From the human T2T-CHM13v2.0 reference genome, Homo sapiens: a stretch of 64,000 bases of DNA. The stretch lies in NCBI RefSeq assembly GCF_009914755.1, contig NC_060931.1; one strand, 5' to 3'. Shown in pieces: positions 1-13,569 of this stretch; position 1 is the stretch's first letter, and each line of letters starts with the position of its first letter. The translations under genes and the position numbers were made by a program. The notes beneath the pieces are model-generated. The model worked only from the letters and a program-made list of their open reading frames with translations. It was not told where the DNA came from and did not search any database.

Positions 1-119
1 GTAGAGATGGGGTTTCGCCATGTTGGTCAGGCTGGTCTCGAACTTCTGACCTCAGGTGATCCACCTGCCTCGGCCTCCCAAAGTGCTGAGATTACAGGTG
101 TGAGCCACCGTGGCTGGCC
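1..119 (-). mobile_element. Alu (AluS-type) left monomer, cut by window edge
   Basis: Reverse complement of Alu 5' end: gtagagatggggtttcgccatgttgg...cctcccaaagtgctgagattacaggtgtgagccacc. Confidence 0.95.
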
Positions 120-887
120 GAAAGCTACTATTTTCAATTTGAAGGTGTGTATTACCCTGGCCTGAAATAATCCCAAATGCTCAAAATAGGATAGATGGTA
201 GACATCCAATCTTCAAATCATTTTCACCTTCTCCAGCAAGCCAGCCCCTTTCATGTTGCATTTATCACCCACGTGGTCCCAAGAGTCACTACAGATCAGG
301 ATGAATCAATGTTCTGAATGGAGAGAGATGAGTCCATAGGTCCTATGACAACTCCTCCATTCCTGAATGGAGAAATCAGAAATGGGCTGAGTTTTCCTCC
401 TCCTTCTGCAGCTTAGCTACTCTTACTTGTCCTTCAACACCTTACAAGGAAGAAATACTTATGAATAAATGTGGGCTAATAAAGGAAGCTACAGTGGAAA
501 GACAGGTGGCAAAAAGAAGACAGGCACACTGATGAAAACTCAATTCAGTATATATCCTATAAAGTAACTACTATGTGTCCACTGCTGTGCTAACCCTTCA
601 GTGATGGAAACTAAGTGACAGAAACTTAATCCAAGGAGGAAACCACTGTGATCAAGGAGATAAGATGTCACAAATGAAACAAGCCAGAACACACCCCAGG
701 GTGGGCCATCTGGTAGGTGCTATGGGCAGTCACAAGGGAAGAGCTCAGTGGGGCTGGAGTTGTGAGAAAAAGCTTAGGAAGAGGTGGCCTGCAGGGAGCC
801 GTGAAGATGTGGATAGGGCTTGACTAGGTAGAGAGAAGCATGGAGGACAAAGCTGTGAGCTGGGTCGGGAGGGGCACCTCCTGCAAC

Positions 888-1062
888 ATTTCTCAACCCC
901 GGCTGCGTGACAGGATCACCCTGGGAAGCTTCTACAAAATCCCAAAGCCTGGTGCCATTTCATACTAACTGGTCCAGACACTGGGGATGAGGCCAGGGCA
1001 AGGGCATCCTGAGACACTCCCAGGTGATTTGGATACACAGCAAGGGTTGAGCCACTGCTCTA
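888..1062. mobile_element. MER5-like hAT-Charlie DNA transposon relic
   Basis: tctcaacccc...gatcaccctgggaagctt...ctcccaggtgatt...gggttgagccactgc resembles the MER5 consensus. Confidence 0.65.
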
Positions 1063-2717
1063 ACATAATCTTGCATCCAGAAATGACAGATTTACTCCAC
1101 AGAACTGCCTTCTTTAATTTTGGTATTTAATTTTGTTTGAGCATCTTATGCCAGACCTATGTCTGCTGCATCCAATTTATACCAAATTGAAATGCAAAGC
1201 AGGATGTGACTTAGCAGTTTAAAGGGTAAGAAAAGATAGCACCACCCAAGAACTTAAAATAACATCTGGTGGTTTGAATTTTATCAGTGGGTGTTATTAC
1301 GCTCCCTTAACCGACAACTGCTTGCGGAAGCTTGGTAGAGTTTTAACAATTGGCAACCACAGGCAGCATTTCATTACTTATCTAAAAAGACTATCAATTG
1401 AGTTACTATGAAATGTGAGCATGAAGTTTTAAAACTTCCCTATTTCCTACAAAAATCAACTTATCATCTTTTCAGAAATGTAAACAGCCAGCTAACAATG
1501 GGTAATGCTCTATAAGTGCTAACTGAACACTCTCAAATAACAAGAAACAAAATACCCTAGTGGGTCATGTATCAGATGTACACACTTCAAGTTTGTTTGT
1601 CCACTTAACTAAAAATAACCCTGGGACTCAGAATCTAAGCTTAAACCAAATTCTATAAATCGAAGTCCCCAAGATATATTTTGGAGGTATCCTTCCAAAA
1701 CTGCAGGGGCGATAATAATTCCTTGTAAGAGAATCACTAATTTAGGGAACATAGGTGGGGAGAAAAAGGGATACAGGAAGTTTTACTCACTTCTAGGGGA
1801 AAGAAAGATTACTGCAAAAAACTTAACCTGAGACACTTTTAAACTAGTGCAAACTGGAAAAAAGAGAGACATAAAAGGAAAAGGCAGAGTAAACAGGTTT
1901 TAAAAAGGTGGGGTGGTTACTGGTAGACTAGAGCTAAAAGGCAAGAAAAACCTAAAAGCACCTCTGTTCCCAATGCTAACAATGACATGGTTATTTTATT
2001 CTCTCCAGTAGAGTGTATAGATCAAAAGCAATTTGAAGACTGTCTCATCCTTGTTTTTGTTTTTTCTTAATTGACACGGTAGGTAGTAGGTTATTTGTTT
2101 ATCAAATTGATAACCTGTGTTCCCTCCCCTTCACACTAGCTACTAGAAGGTTTTTACTAAATTTTATCTCCGAAGTAAGAAAATATTCTCAAGTATCCAT
2201 TTATCAAACTTTAAAAATTTGTGGAAAGATAGATCCTAATTCTTTAGGAGTTTACATCTAGTAAGAATGTTACCAAAAAATAATAGTTCATAGGAATTAC
2301 AAATCAGAAAATGTAAGTCAAAATGTGGGATGTAAGTAATGTGTTAAAACTCTAAGCTGGATTCCATCAAATTAATTTTAAAAATCAAATTCAGCAACCA
2401 GGGCCTTGATCTTCCTTGCATATTCCCCTATGTTGCAGATTCACTGCAGACATCCATTGATTTAGGGAGTTTAGCACATTAAGGGCATTCTAATAAACCA
2501 TTCTGTGCTTACCGTTTTTCATCAAAGAACTCTGAGTACTATGCAAAAGGCAACTCTCCCATCCTCACACCCAAAGACAGAACAGCCCCAGCACAGAACA
2601 ATGACAATCATAGCTCCTGAAAATGAGAAGCACCCAGTCTCCAGACCCAAGGCAGACGTCAAGGCTTATTTATGGCTTAGAGCAAGCTGATGCCAGTTCT
2701 GATTCATCATTACTGGG

Positions 2718-3294
2718 TGTGGAAGATGTATTTTTCAAAGACGACCATACCAATGTACATCCCATCCCACATGCTCCTCTAACAAAGTGACCGTGACACT
2801 TCTTCATCAATAGATGGCTTCTATATTCCCATCCTTCAAATTTGAGTGGCTTCTAATTATGGCAGAAATGATGCTTCGTGACTTCTGAGGCTGCATTAGA
2901 AATGGCAATGTAACTTCCACTTGTCCTGTTGTCTCAGGGTGCTTGCCCTTCAACTCAGCCACCACGATGTGAGTAAGCTCAAGCTAGCCAACATGGAAAG
3001 AACACATGGAGAGATCCATTCGGAAAAGAATGGCGACCGCCTCACCTCAGCCGATAACCAGCATCAACCCGCAGACATGTGACTGAGCAAGGATTCAAAT
3101 GTCCCAGCCTCCAGCCTTCCTGCTGTCCCAGTTGCCAGTGAGTAGAGCAGAAACTATGTCTTTTCATCAAGTCCCACCCAAATTAAAGATGTCAGGGATA
3201 CATAAATATTGTCATTAACCTACCAGTTCATCGTCATTGTCTCAATTTACCAAGTTTTGGGGTTGTTTGTGACACTGCATTAGATCGCTGAAAC
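2718..3294 (+). mobile_element. MLT1G/H-like MaLR solo LTR
   Basis: Starts tgtggaagatgtatttttcaaaga...cccatcccacatgctc; ends ttttggggttgtttgtgacactgcattagatcgctgaaac. Confidence 0.8.
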
Positions 3295-4289
3295 CCCAGG
3301 CAGGAAGCCCTGGCAGACCTCCAGACTCAGCAGGTGGGAAGCATGAGAACATGGGGTGAAAAAGTCTCCTAGGTAAGTCAGCAGCAACACTCTCTTCTCC
3401 TGTCCCTCAGGCTAGCAGGCTCCTGCTACCAGAGCATCCCACTCCTGCTGGGTAGGTCAGACTCAGAAGGGGGCTCCTTGACCAACAAACCCTGACTCCC
3501 TTATAAAGTCACTTACAAGAAGCAGACACGGTCTAGTGTGGGGGCCAATCAGCTGACAAAGGCCGGTATGTGTCTGATAGTGACAGACACATCACAAAGT
3601 GACACTGGGAATCTAGGACTGGGCACAAAGATGAAAAGACACATGAACCCCTTAAAAACCCTGGAAACATTCCTTTCAGCCCAGACCTCAAAATTTCTCC
3701 CTTATCATTTGGCATTTATCTTCATAATAGTTGAAGCTGTGATTGGGAGTGCATTGTCATGTGGTAACTGAGCCACAGAGAAATTAAATATCTTACTAAG
3801 GTAACAGGGTCAGTCAGTGGGGATACAACTAGGACGAGGACAAGGACCAAGGACCGTATCCCATCAAAAACATACACCCAGAAATGGAAAACAGAGCTAA
3901 AGTAAAGTAAAAGTTCTACATATATGCATTGAAACTTTCCTAAGGAGCAGATTCATTACGAAAGAGTCAAAATCGCAAGCACCATTCAATCCTTTGGTAA
4001 GAACATGCAGACTCTTGGGTGTTGGCCAGAGGGTTGTTCTTTTAATATTGCAGTGCAAAGATCTAGTTCCCACCACAAATGGGCTTCCCTGAGGGTTATC
4101 AACAGGATACCAACAAGGCAATATGGAAAGCAGCTTGTCATCTGAATAGGAACAGAAGAATGATTGAAAGTAGAGGTAACAAGGGAGAAGAGACAAGAGC
4201 CCAACTCTTAAGGCTGGAATGAACCCCACAGGATCATGGAAAAGAAAAGATCAGCACCCAGACCAGAGCCAGCCATTGGACAGCAGAGC

Positions 4290-4364
4290 CAGTATTGGAC
4301 AGCAACAAGTTCTACCAGCCAGTAGCATCTACTAGCCAGTAGAACTTGATGCTGTCCAATACTG
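4290..4364 (-). ncRNA. Candidate pre-miRNA-like hairpin (36-bp stem, 3-nt loop); expression unknown
   Basis: Arms 4290-4325 and 4329-4364 give 32/36 Watson-Crick pairs; three C-A mismatches become G-U on the minus strand. Confidence 0.35.
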
Positions 4365-4503
4365 TAGCTTCCAGCCACTTGCCCCAGTGAGCACATGAAA
4401 TGTGGCCAGTGCAACTAAGAAACTAAATTTTAAATTTTATTTCATTTTAAATTATTGAAATTTACATAGCCACAGATGACTGGCATCTGCTATACTGGAG
4501 AGC
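4349..4503. mobile_element. MER3/MER33-like hAT-Charlie MITE
   Basis: tgctgtccaata...gaaatgtggccagtgcaactaagaaactaaattttaaatttt...atagccacagatg. Confidence 0.8.
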
Positions 4504-5592
4504 CCAGTTTTAGACCATACCATTCTAAACCACTTATTTTCTCCCTTTTTTTTGTAGCACAAAATGGGCAAACCTAGACACATTTCTGCCTCCTGAAATC
4601 TTCCAGGTGTGTCCTGCTCCACCTCCTCTGAAAAAGTCGATGGCTGGTGTATATCTGAGTCACCACAAAGTAAGATGGCCAAAACTTAAGTGTGTGAAGT
4701 CACATCTGGGCAATTTTCTTTCCCATTTCCTCTATTGTCTGGATAAAATGAAACAAAAGATGAAACAGGCTATTGGTTTTCTACATGAGATCAGCAGGGT
4801 TTTTTAGTAAAAAGCCCAATGTAAACTTACAGGTACTACAAACTGTGTCACCACAAGAGATGAGCTGCCCTACAAGGACCAGACCCTCCAGCTCATACAA
4901 CTTCAACTGGAAATCGTTTAGGAATGGTTTATAAGGACTGCTCAGTATCAAGACAACAGGCTGTCAGGCAAGGCAAAAGATCATACTTCGTAACCAAAAA
5001 AGTTATCAGTTAAAAAAAATCAGATGCCAATTTTTTGGTAGATGAAAGTATTTGCCACTTTCTACTATCTTCAGATGGCAACCAAAACCTACCATCAGTC
5101 AGCCAAGTGCCTTTTCACAGTGGGCAGGGAGAGAGAATGAGAAATCTTTTAAGAGGGTTCCCACACAGCTCCACAAAGCTACCCAATAATTCTCATTTGG
5201 CCTGCTGGAAAGTTGTTAATCTGTCAAAGAAAGAAGAAACTCACCAAGAAAATAGCTGATTCTCCAACATGTAAGTTTTTCCATAATCTGACCCCTGATT
5301 TACCAACTCAAACTTACTTCAGCCACTACCCAATAGAGTTCTATCATTTCAGGCAAAGTCTTTAAAATTCCCCCATGGAAGGTGGGCATTTTCATAAATT
5401 GCTAGTAGACTAGAAATGTGAACAACCTCTTTAGAAGACAGTTTGGCAACAGAAAAGTTGTCTTTCAAAAATAATAATCTTCCAAACATAATAATCCTCA
5501 AACATGAAATGTTTCCAAATTCAAGGAATATGGCACCCAAAACCCCTTTCTTTAAAAAAAAAAAATTCACCATGTTGCCCACCAAACATTAA

Positions 5593-5888
<296 letters not shown>

Positions 5889-7385
5889 CATTAAATTTTT
5901 AAGAATGAAAAGCCATAGTAAAAAGACCAATGGTTAACAGTACATTGATTAGGAATAAATAGGTGGAGGGATACCCAGGGGAAATTAGAGCTACAGAGTG
6001 TTAAAAGTATAAAGCCTAACAAAACAAAAATAAAACAAGCAGCATACATCAGAAAGCCAGGCAGGGACAAAGGGAGAAGGCACTCGATGTTTATCATGTT
6101 GTCCTGTTATTCTCAATCCATCCTGACTCCCAACCTTGTGATGGTTTTCACCTCTCTTCTGAACCTAAGAGAACAAATACTCTTATGCTACAGAATTACT
6201 TTTCAGAAGATGGACAATTTCTTTCCCTTTTGTTAAATTCAAGATCAAATTGAATGTTTTACTTTTAAAGCCATGTTTTGTTTGAACTCAGTCTTACACA
6301 ATTATTTCTGCCCATCATTTATCTACCCATCCTTCTGTTCCTCTCTCACAGTATGTACAGAGGCATGGCTGAAATAAATGTTAACATTTGTTATCTTCCG
6401 CTTGAGCTTTTTTGGGTAATATTTTACTTTCTCCTTTGAACTTTTTTTTCTTTTGCCTAATTTTTTTTAATTAAGAAAACATCAGTGAAGTAAAAATAAA
6501 ACAGCAATTACCTTTCTGGCTTGCATGGTTCTTTTTCCATTTGTTCACCTGATCTGTGTTTCTCTTATTTCCCCCAACACTCCCCAACCTCAGATTCTGA
6601 CTCATATACCTCCATCAGTCTTCTTCATTCCCTGACCCTCTTCTCTGGCTGTGTCTCAACTGTTGGAGAAACATTATGTGCCATGCTCTAAGGTGAAAGA
6701 ATCTGCCTAATATCATTCCTCCCGACACCATCATCTAGTAGGGAAGTGTAGAAACCTCCCGATAATGTAGATAAGAAAAAAACGTGGTGCTTGGGTATTT
6801 TCACTAGAGATGTAAATGGAAACTTCCCATGCTGGGATTCCCAGCTGTGCTGCTGTTACACCACAATGGTGACATATACCAACACACACAAACCAGGTTT
6901 ACTGGCAGCCACTAAGACGTCTTCCATTTCCACCCCCCCCAACCTTTTTAGAAAATTAAATAAATAACTCCTATTTGATGACTTAGAAGAAGGAAGGAAG
7001 GATGGGTATATGGGTAGAGAGAGGGAAGGAAAAAGAATTCCCAGGAGTAGAGGGGGCTGCACCCATATTTGTAACTATATACAATTTGCTCTACCACAGA
7101 ACTCCAAGAATGCATTCCAGTGACAACAAGCTTATCTACTACCCCAGCACCATTATAGTGGTCCATATTTTGTTTATTCTATAGCAGAAGTCAGTGGTCA
7201 TGTTTTCCATAGGTCATCCTCCTGCCTCTTCCTTGTTCTCCATCTTAAGGGGTGTGCATCAGAGCAAAATCTGCAGAAATTGAATTTTCAAGTTCACTAT
7301 ATCAAGGATTATCAGGCACCATACAGACTGCGCAATACAAGTAACAGATTTTAAAAACCCAAATATTGATATCCTGGAGCATAGG

Positions 7386-7468
7386 ATATTTGTAACATAT
7401 ATATATATTTGTAACATATATATATATATATATATATATATTTGTAACATATATATATATACACACAC

Positions 7469-7502
<34 letters not shown>
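7386..7502. repeat. Compound (TA)n/(CA)n microsatellite with three atatttgtaacat units
   Basis: Directly visible. Confidence 0.95.
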
Positions 7503-7714
7503 TTAAACAGGGAGTTTCATCAATTTTTTTGTAACTCCTAATTTAAGCTCTCACTTTTGTGGCAGTTCTTAGAGAACAGACACAGTCAGCTTCTATGTTA
7601 TGTATCAGCAGACATGACCTTTCTTAGAAACAGCAACTCAAAAAGACTAAAGAATAAGACTTCATGTCTGAGAAATAAAGGCATTACCCTGAACCATAAC
7701 TATGCAAAATATGC

Positions 7715-7960
7715 CCTGGCAAGTACTAGTCCCAGAAGGCTCTCTGTGGGCTAGGGGGAGACTCCAGAGACTAGTCATCTTTGGGAAGTCCTGCTCTTAA
7801 ACATTCACTCTTAAAGACACCATGTAACATATGTTGGCACATTAAAGGCTCTGAGAAACCCTGAAGTTAAACAACAAAAGCAGCAACAACAAAACCTGAA
7901 CCTGTTAACTTGGTTGAACTCATTCCAAATCTATTTGATAATGGAATCCATTCTCTGAGG
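7715..7960. mobile_element. Old hAT-Charlie relic (MER112/113-like)
   Basis: actagtcccag...aaaggctctgagaaaccctg...aacctgttaacttggttgaac...ctatttgataatggaatcc. Confidence 0.45.
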
Positions 7961-8644
7961 CAACACTTACCCATTTACCAAGATTCCTTCAGCCTGACGA
8001 TCCTGTCTAGCTTTCAAATTCAGTGATCCTATGAGTCCATAAAATGACTAGCACTCTTACCTATAAAGGTTGGCTTATCCTCGACGCACATAATGACAAG
8101 CACAGGTGCTGTTTCTCAGTGTGTATCAGGCTCACAGCAGCCAGTAATGACACCTGGATACTCTTTGTTTACAGTTTCATGTACAGACCTGAGAGGTCAA
8201 GAGAGTCATGAGAAACTGACCATCACATAAACACCATAGCAATGTTCAGAAGCTGGCAGTGTGCTTTCCTACTTGACCCTATCCTCCCTAAGTTTCCCTC
8301 CTTGGTTCTCATGACCACATAACTGTGCCATCCCCAACATCCCACTCTCCTCTCCACTTGCTGTTTAAACTTTACTACTCACACTCAATCCTTCCTATTT
8401 CAGTCTGGAATTACCCCAGAGAGAAAACATCTAGATAGAAGTATGTATTTGGAAGAAAGAAGTGCCACTCGAGAGAGTTAAAACACTAAGTCAGCTGGAT
8501 AAACTACTCATGAAAATCTTGTGGAAAATACCTCATAATTAAATATTCACACAACTGTTATGTGGGCTTACTTAGAAACATATGTACAAGCAATTAACTT
8601 TATATTTACCCAAGCAAATAAGAAAATGGGATCAACATTTAGTA

Positions 8645-8765
8645 CTCACTTAACAAATGTTCACTAATCACTTACCATTGGTCAGGCACAGTTTTAGACA
8701 CTGGAGATAAGGCAGTGAACTTAGTCTGAAACATTATACAAATATCACAGCATAGACTAGAAAAT
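8645..8765 (-). mobile_element. L2 3' end fragment
   Basis: aacaaatgttcactaatcacttacc...caggcacagttttagacactggagataaggcagtgaac. Confidence 0.65.
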
Positions 8766-8924
8766 TCAGTAATTCCAATTCCTATGATGACCCTGGAGAA
8801 AATACTTTCTAAATGGAAGAAGAATGATTTTAAGGAAGAATTTAGAATCGTATTACAAGGTACCAAGAAAGCTTCTGCATCCATGAGAAGGGGATAGAAA
8901 AGGCAACAGACATAAATTTTGTAA

Positions 8925-9080
8925 CTAACATTTCCCAGGTACAATGCTAGATGCTCTTACATACGTCACATTATTTAATTCCCCGAATTACCCTTTGATT
9001 TGGTAGAGTTTCATTTTATAGTTAAGAAACAGAGCCAGTGGCCAAATTTTTGGAATATGTCTGATTCCATCCAAATCCAC
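8925..9080 (-). mobile_element. MIR fragment
   Basis: ccaggtacaatgctagatgctcttacat...cattttatagttaagaaacagag. Confidence 0.6.
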
Positions 9081-9224
9081 ACCTTTTATATAAATACCGA
9101 GCTTAGATCTGAAAATGAATTCATGGCCACTTCAAATAGCATTTCCAATATGACTTCATAATGACAAAGAAAAGATATCTCAAAATATGTGTGGGAGAAG
9201 GACAGACATCAGCATCACATCAAA

Positions 9225-10662
9225 AAATAATCTTTTCGAAGTTGGAGGAGTCACACTTTGTGATTTCAAGTTACTACAAAGCTACAGGCACCAAGACAAC
9301 GTGTCCTAGCATAAAGACAGACATACAGATCAGTGGAATAAGATTGAGAATGTAGACATTAAGCCCTCACACTTATGGTCACTTCATTTTTGGAAAAACG
9401 GCCTAGATAATCCAAAGGGGAAATAAAGGTCTTTAAAACAAATGGTGCTGGTGCTGGAACTTGATATCTACATGCAAAATAATAAAGTTGGGCCCCCTAC
9501 CTCACACTATATACAAAAATTAACTCAAAATGGACCAAAGGCATAAATGTAAGAGCTAAATCTATAAAACTCTTAGAAGAAAACATAGGGGTAACTCTTC
9601 CTGACCTTGGATTAGGTGGTTTCTGATATACGGCACTTAAAAACACAAGCAACTAAGGGGGAAAAAAGTGATAAATTGGACTTCATCAAAATTAAAACAT
9701 TTTGCACTTCAAAGGGCAATATCAAGAAAATAAAAAGGCAATCCACAGAACGAGAGATAATATTTGCCAATCATCTGATATGGGTCTAGTATGCAGAATA
9801 AAGAACTCTTACAACTCAATAATAAAAAAACAAATAATCCAATATTTTAAACAGGCATATAACTACAATAGACATTTCTCCTCCAAAGAAGCCACAAAAA
9901 ATGGCCAATAAGCACATGAAAAGATGCTCAATGTCATTAACCATAAGGAAATGCAAATCAAAACCACAATGATGTACCACTAAAATGTTTATATAAAATT
10001 ATTTACTTAACAGACAATAACAAGTGTTATCAAGGATGTGGAGAAACTGGGACCTTACACAGTTTGATGGGAATGCAAACTTTGGAAAACCTTCTAGCAG
10101 TTCCTGAAAATGTTAAACATGGAGTTACCATGTGACCCAGCAATTCCACTCCCAGGTATAAACCCAGACATATGAAAATGTATGTCTACATGAAATCTTA
10201 TTCAGGAACGTTCATAGTAGCATTATTTATAATAGTCAAAAAGTAGAAAAAGCTAAATATCTACTAACTGAATACATAAATAAAAAGTAGAATATCCACA
10301 CAATATTATTTCAGCCATAAAAAGGAATTAAATAGTGAGTCATGCTACAACATGTATGAACATGTAAAACATTACACTAAGTGAAGGAGGACAGATTTTT
10401 TAAAGGCCATATATTGTATGATTCCATTTATATAAAATGTCCAGAATAAGCAAATCTATAGAGACAGAAAATAGAAAAATGTTTGCCAGGGGCTGGCTAG
10501 AGGCAGAAGGAAACAAAGTAATATGGAGTTTCTTTTTGAGTGATAGAAATTCATTAGATAGTGGTGATGGTAACATGACTCTGAATATACTAAAAAATAT
10601 TACTGACATACATTCTAGAAGAGTAAATTCTGTAGTATGTGAATTATATCTAAATGTAAAAA
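9225..10662 (+). mobile_element. L1MB-type LINE-1 (decayed ORF2 3' part plus 3'UTR)
   Basis: gttggaggagtcacact...aaattaactcaaaatgg...gacccagcaattccactcccaggtata...tgtgaattatatct. Confidence 0.93.
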
Positions 10663-12324
10663 TCCCTTGAAAACTCCAACAAGGAAGTTATGAAAACCCC
10701 ACCAAGACTGCTTTAAAATAGCAAGCTCAGTTGAAAACAAATGACCAAATAAAATCAACATGGGACCCTGTGATTTCGGATCAGCCTATATAAAGCCTAT
10801 TGAATCTATACCATCTAGTGAACTCATGGAAATGAAAGAATTAAACAGCAAAAGTCAGAGGTCAAATTCAACTTCTACACATGGAAACACCTGTACAAAT
10901 TATGATAAGACTTGTCAATCCTGCTGCCACATTAGTCATCCTAGAACTCACTTGAGAGGTTGTTGACAATTATATCCAGTAATGAACCTGGGGTCTTCTA
11001 AGATCCCAAAGGCTTTCTTCTATCCCAAGAGGCAGCACCAGCTTAGATCTCTGAGCATTTATTTATGTGTAATCCAAGGTCTAATGAAAATCTTTACAGA
11101 ATGACTAAAAGCCTAATCTGGATGTGACATGAAAATGACTTTCAAACTCTGAAACAATTGGTTGATCTTTGCACTATATGCTTGCTTTACATTTAGCAGT
11201 GACTCAAGCCCACATTAAAAAAAAAGTTACAACAACTCTAATTCTCAGAAATACCACGATGTAGGCTAAAATAGATACACATATGTACACCCATATTCAC
11301 ACAAACCAACCCATCACGAATCCAAAGAATGACATAGGCTAATGAAAAGCCTGAACTGCATTGTCTGCAGACAAAAGAACAACATGAATAGGGCAAGCAC
11401 AGATAATCCCAACTTTTGAGGCTGAGTTCCAAAAGGTAATTGTAAATCACCTCTTTGACACTACTCAAAACACATTTTTTCATAGACGTTTGGTCATGTG
11501 CCCAGGCCAGCCCAGAGAGGCCTATGCAATGCACTTAAAGCTAAACACGCCTTCCAAGGTCAACTCCAGAATGTAGCTCAGAAGTGGCAGCATCCTGGCT
11601 GCAGCAGCAGGAAGTAGAAACAGTGTACCCTCTAGGGTACCTCTCAGTTACCCTAAACTGAGGAGCAAATACAGGGCGTGGTCCACATTGGGAATCCCAT
11701 CCTACTCCCACTGAGACATATAAATCCTTAACAAGGGATCTCTAAAGGCTGAGAGAAGGACCTGGCTTCCTAGTACTATCCCAGAGTTCTAACCTCAGTA
11801 CAATTCTGCTAATTTGGAAATGAAAACAAACAAGAGTTCACATTATGGGATTTTAAAGAACCTTCCATTCTTACAGAGAGCCAAATTGCTGGATTTTTCA
11901 AAAATGTATTTTGTAAGGAAGATACATGAAAAGTAGATTAGGAAAAGTAGATTCGTGACTTTTGGCAGCTTCTCAACATCTATGATCAATACAGATTCAA
12001 TTTTTCACCACCTTTATGTCTCACGTCCAGCCAAGAGGCTGGTACACAGCAGCCACCTCAAAAACGCTTGTGGAATCTCTATACTTCTAACATTGTTAGT
12101 ATTGTGAATGCAATTTACTTTTTAAATACTGTAAAGTAACTTACATACAGTGTGACGGGGATTAACAGGATTGGCCTGGCCTCAGAAAAGACATTATTTA
12201 GGTGAGAAACAGAAAATAGAAGGTTAACAAATACAAACTACAAGCACTGTACTATCTGGACTGTGTTACAAAAAGTCCTAGAAGGGCACAGTGAGGGGGA
12301 CTGGGGAGAGCACAAACTTTCGTG

Positions 12325-12445
12325 TTAGAAAGGTGGCTTGTCCTTACCAGCAATGTGACCTTGAGCAAATCTGCTTCCTTGTGCCTTGATATTCTCAACC
12401 AGGGAACAATTCCCTCTCAGGGGAATTGTATGGCTGAGTGACCAG
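12325..12445 (+). mobile_element. MIR fragment
   Basis: cttaccagcaatgtgaccttgagcaaat core. Confidence 0.6.
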
Positions 12446-13569
12446 CGTGGGAGGGAAATTAAGTTTTCGGTGGATACTGTGGTGCTTTTAGAGTTTGATT
12501 CTAGAAACATGACTTTCTCATTAAACAATTAAATACATAAAATGCACTATGTGATTCATCATTACAGTAAACCCCAAGGGAAGTGTGTAAAATGCCAGGC
12601 TGCTCTCCCTAACCTTTCCTCCATTTCCTTATGCCCTCTTCTTGTTCTCCTGTGACTTCCACAGACCTGCCAGCTCTGCCCTGGTCCTCAGTCTGACCTC
12701 ATTCTAGCCTGACCACCTGCTTCACAGCCTTGCTATGAACTCTGTTCTTTGCACGTAATCCCCTAGTCCTGCTTCAGGCTTCAGGTCAAGGATCTCTGTC
12801 CAACCCTGTCCCTGCTGCCCTCACCCTCTTGGTGAAAGTGACAGACCACCCTCTCAGGGAGAACCACAGGGCTAATTCTGATTCCAAAGCAAGCTTATTA
12901 CTTTAGGGTCGATGCAGCAAACAAACAAAAAAGCAAGTTTGCTTACAGTTTTGGCAGTCGAAGAAAAAAAGGAAAAGAATAAGAAAAAGAAAAAAACATA
13001 TAAACATGACCATCAGAGATACTCTACACTATAACCACTACATACTTCCCCGCCCCAACACACACACAGAATCAGAGGTGGAACCAATTAAGCGAATCTT
13101 CCTCAGTTCAGAACAGCAAATCTAATCCTAGAAGATAGTTTCCATCAATCACAATAGGTTATCTATCTAGAAAGGGCCATCACTAGGCCCACAGAGGAGC
13201 CCAAGCATGCCTGTTGACCTCTCTCTACAGAGTGGAGCTCCTCAGGACTGGGGAGTCAGAGCTAGAAGAGCGTCTCTGCTCCTCAGCAACCTGCTCCTAG
13301 AACCAGCCTCTTCCACTCTCAGGGTGAATCAGCATCCAGGTCTGTGCCTCATGTCTCCCTGTCCACTGGAGTAACCCCAACAAAGGGTAGCCACTGTGCT
13401 GACCTAGCTGAGCCAACCAGATTCCCTTCCTCAGAACGTGGAAGTATTTCGAAGTTAGACACACAGGGACCTAGGCAGACTCTGAAGACCACTGAACTCA
13501 GTAGATGGGTAGGACTGCCAGGGCAGCTATTTTTAACCATGAGCTGGGCAAGCAGGGATGAGTATGGGA

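Noticed and set aside
1785-1810. Minus-strand tttctttcccctag-aa-gtgagt acceptor/donor pair
   Set aside because: The 2-nt offset does not fit a recursive site; likely chance.
3365-3460. Plus-strand tag|gtaagt and a 41-nt exon-like segment at 3411-3451
   Set aside because: Poor pyrimidine tract or weak donor, and no other support.
6830-6846. gctggga-t-tcccagc palindrome, NF-kB-like
   Set aside because: A 7-bp stem is expected by chance in 64 kb.
9225-10100. L1 ORF2-like coding potential
   Set aside because: Broken by stops and frameshifts; a fossil element.
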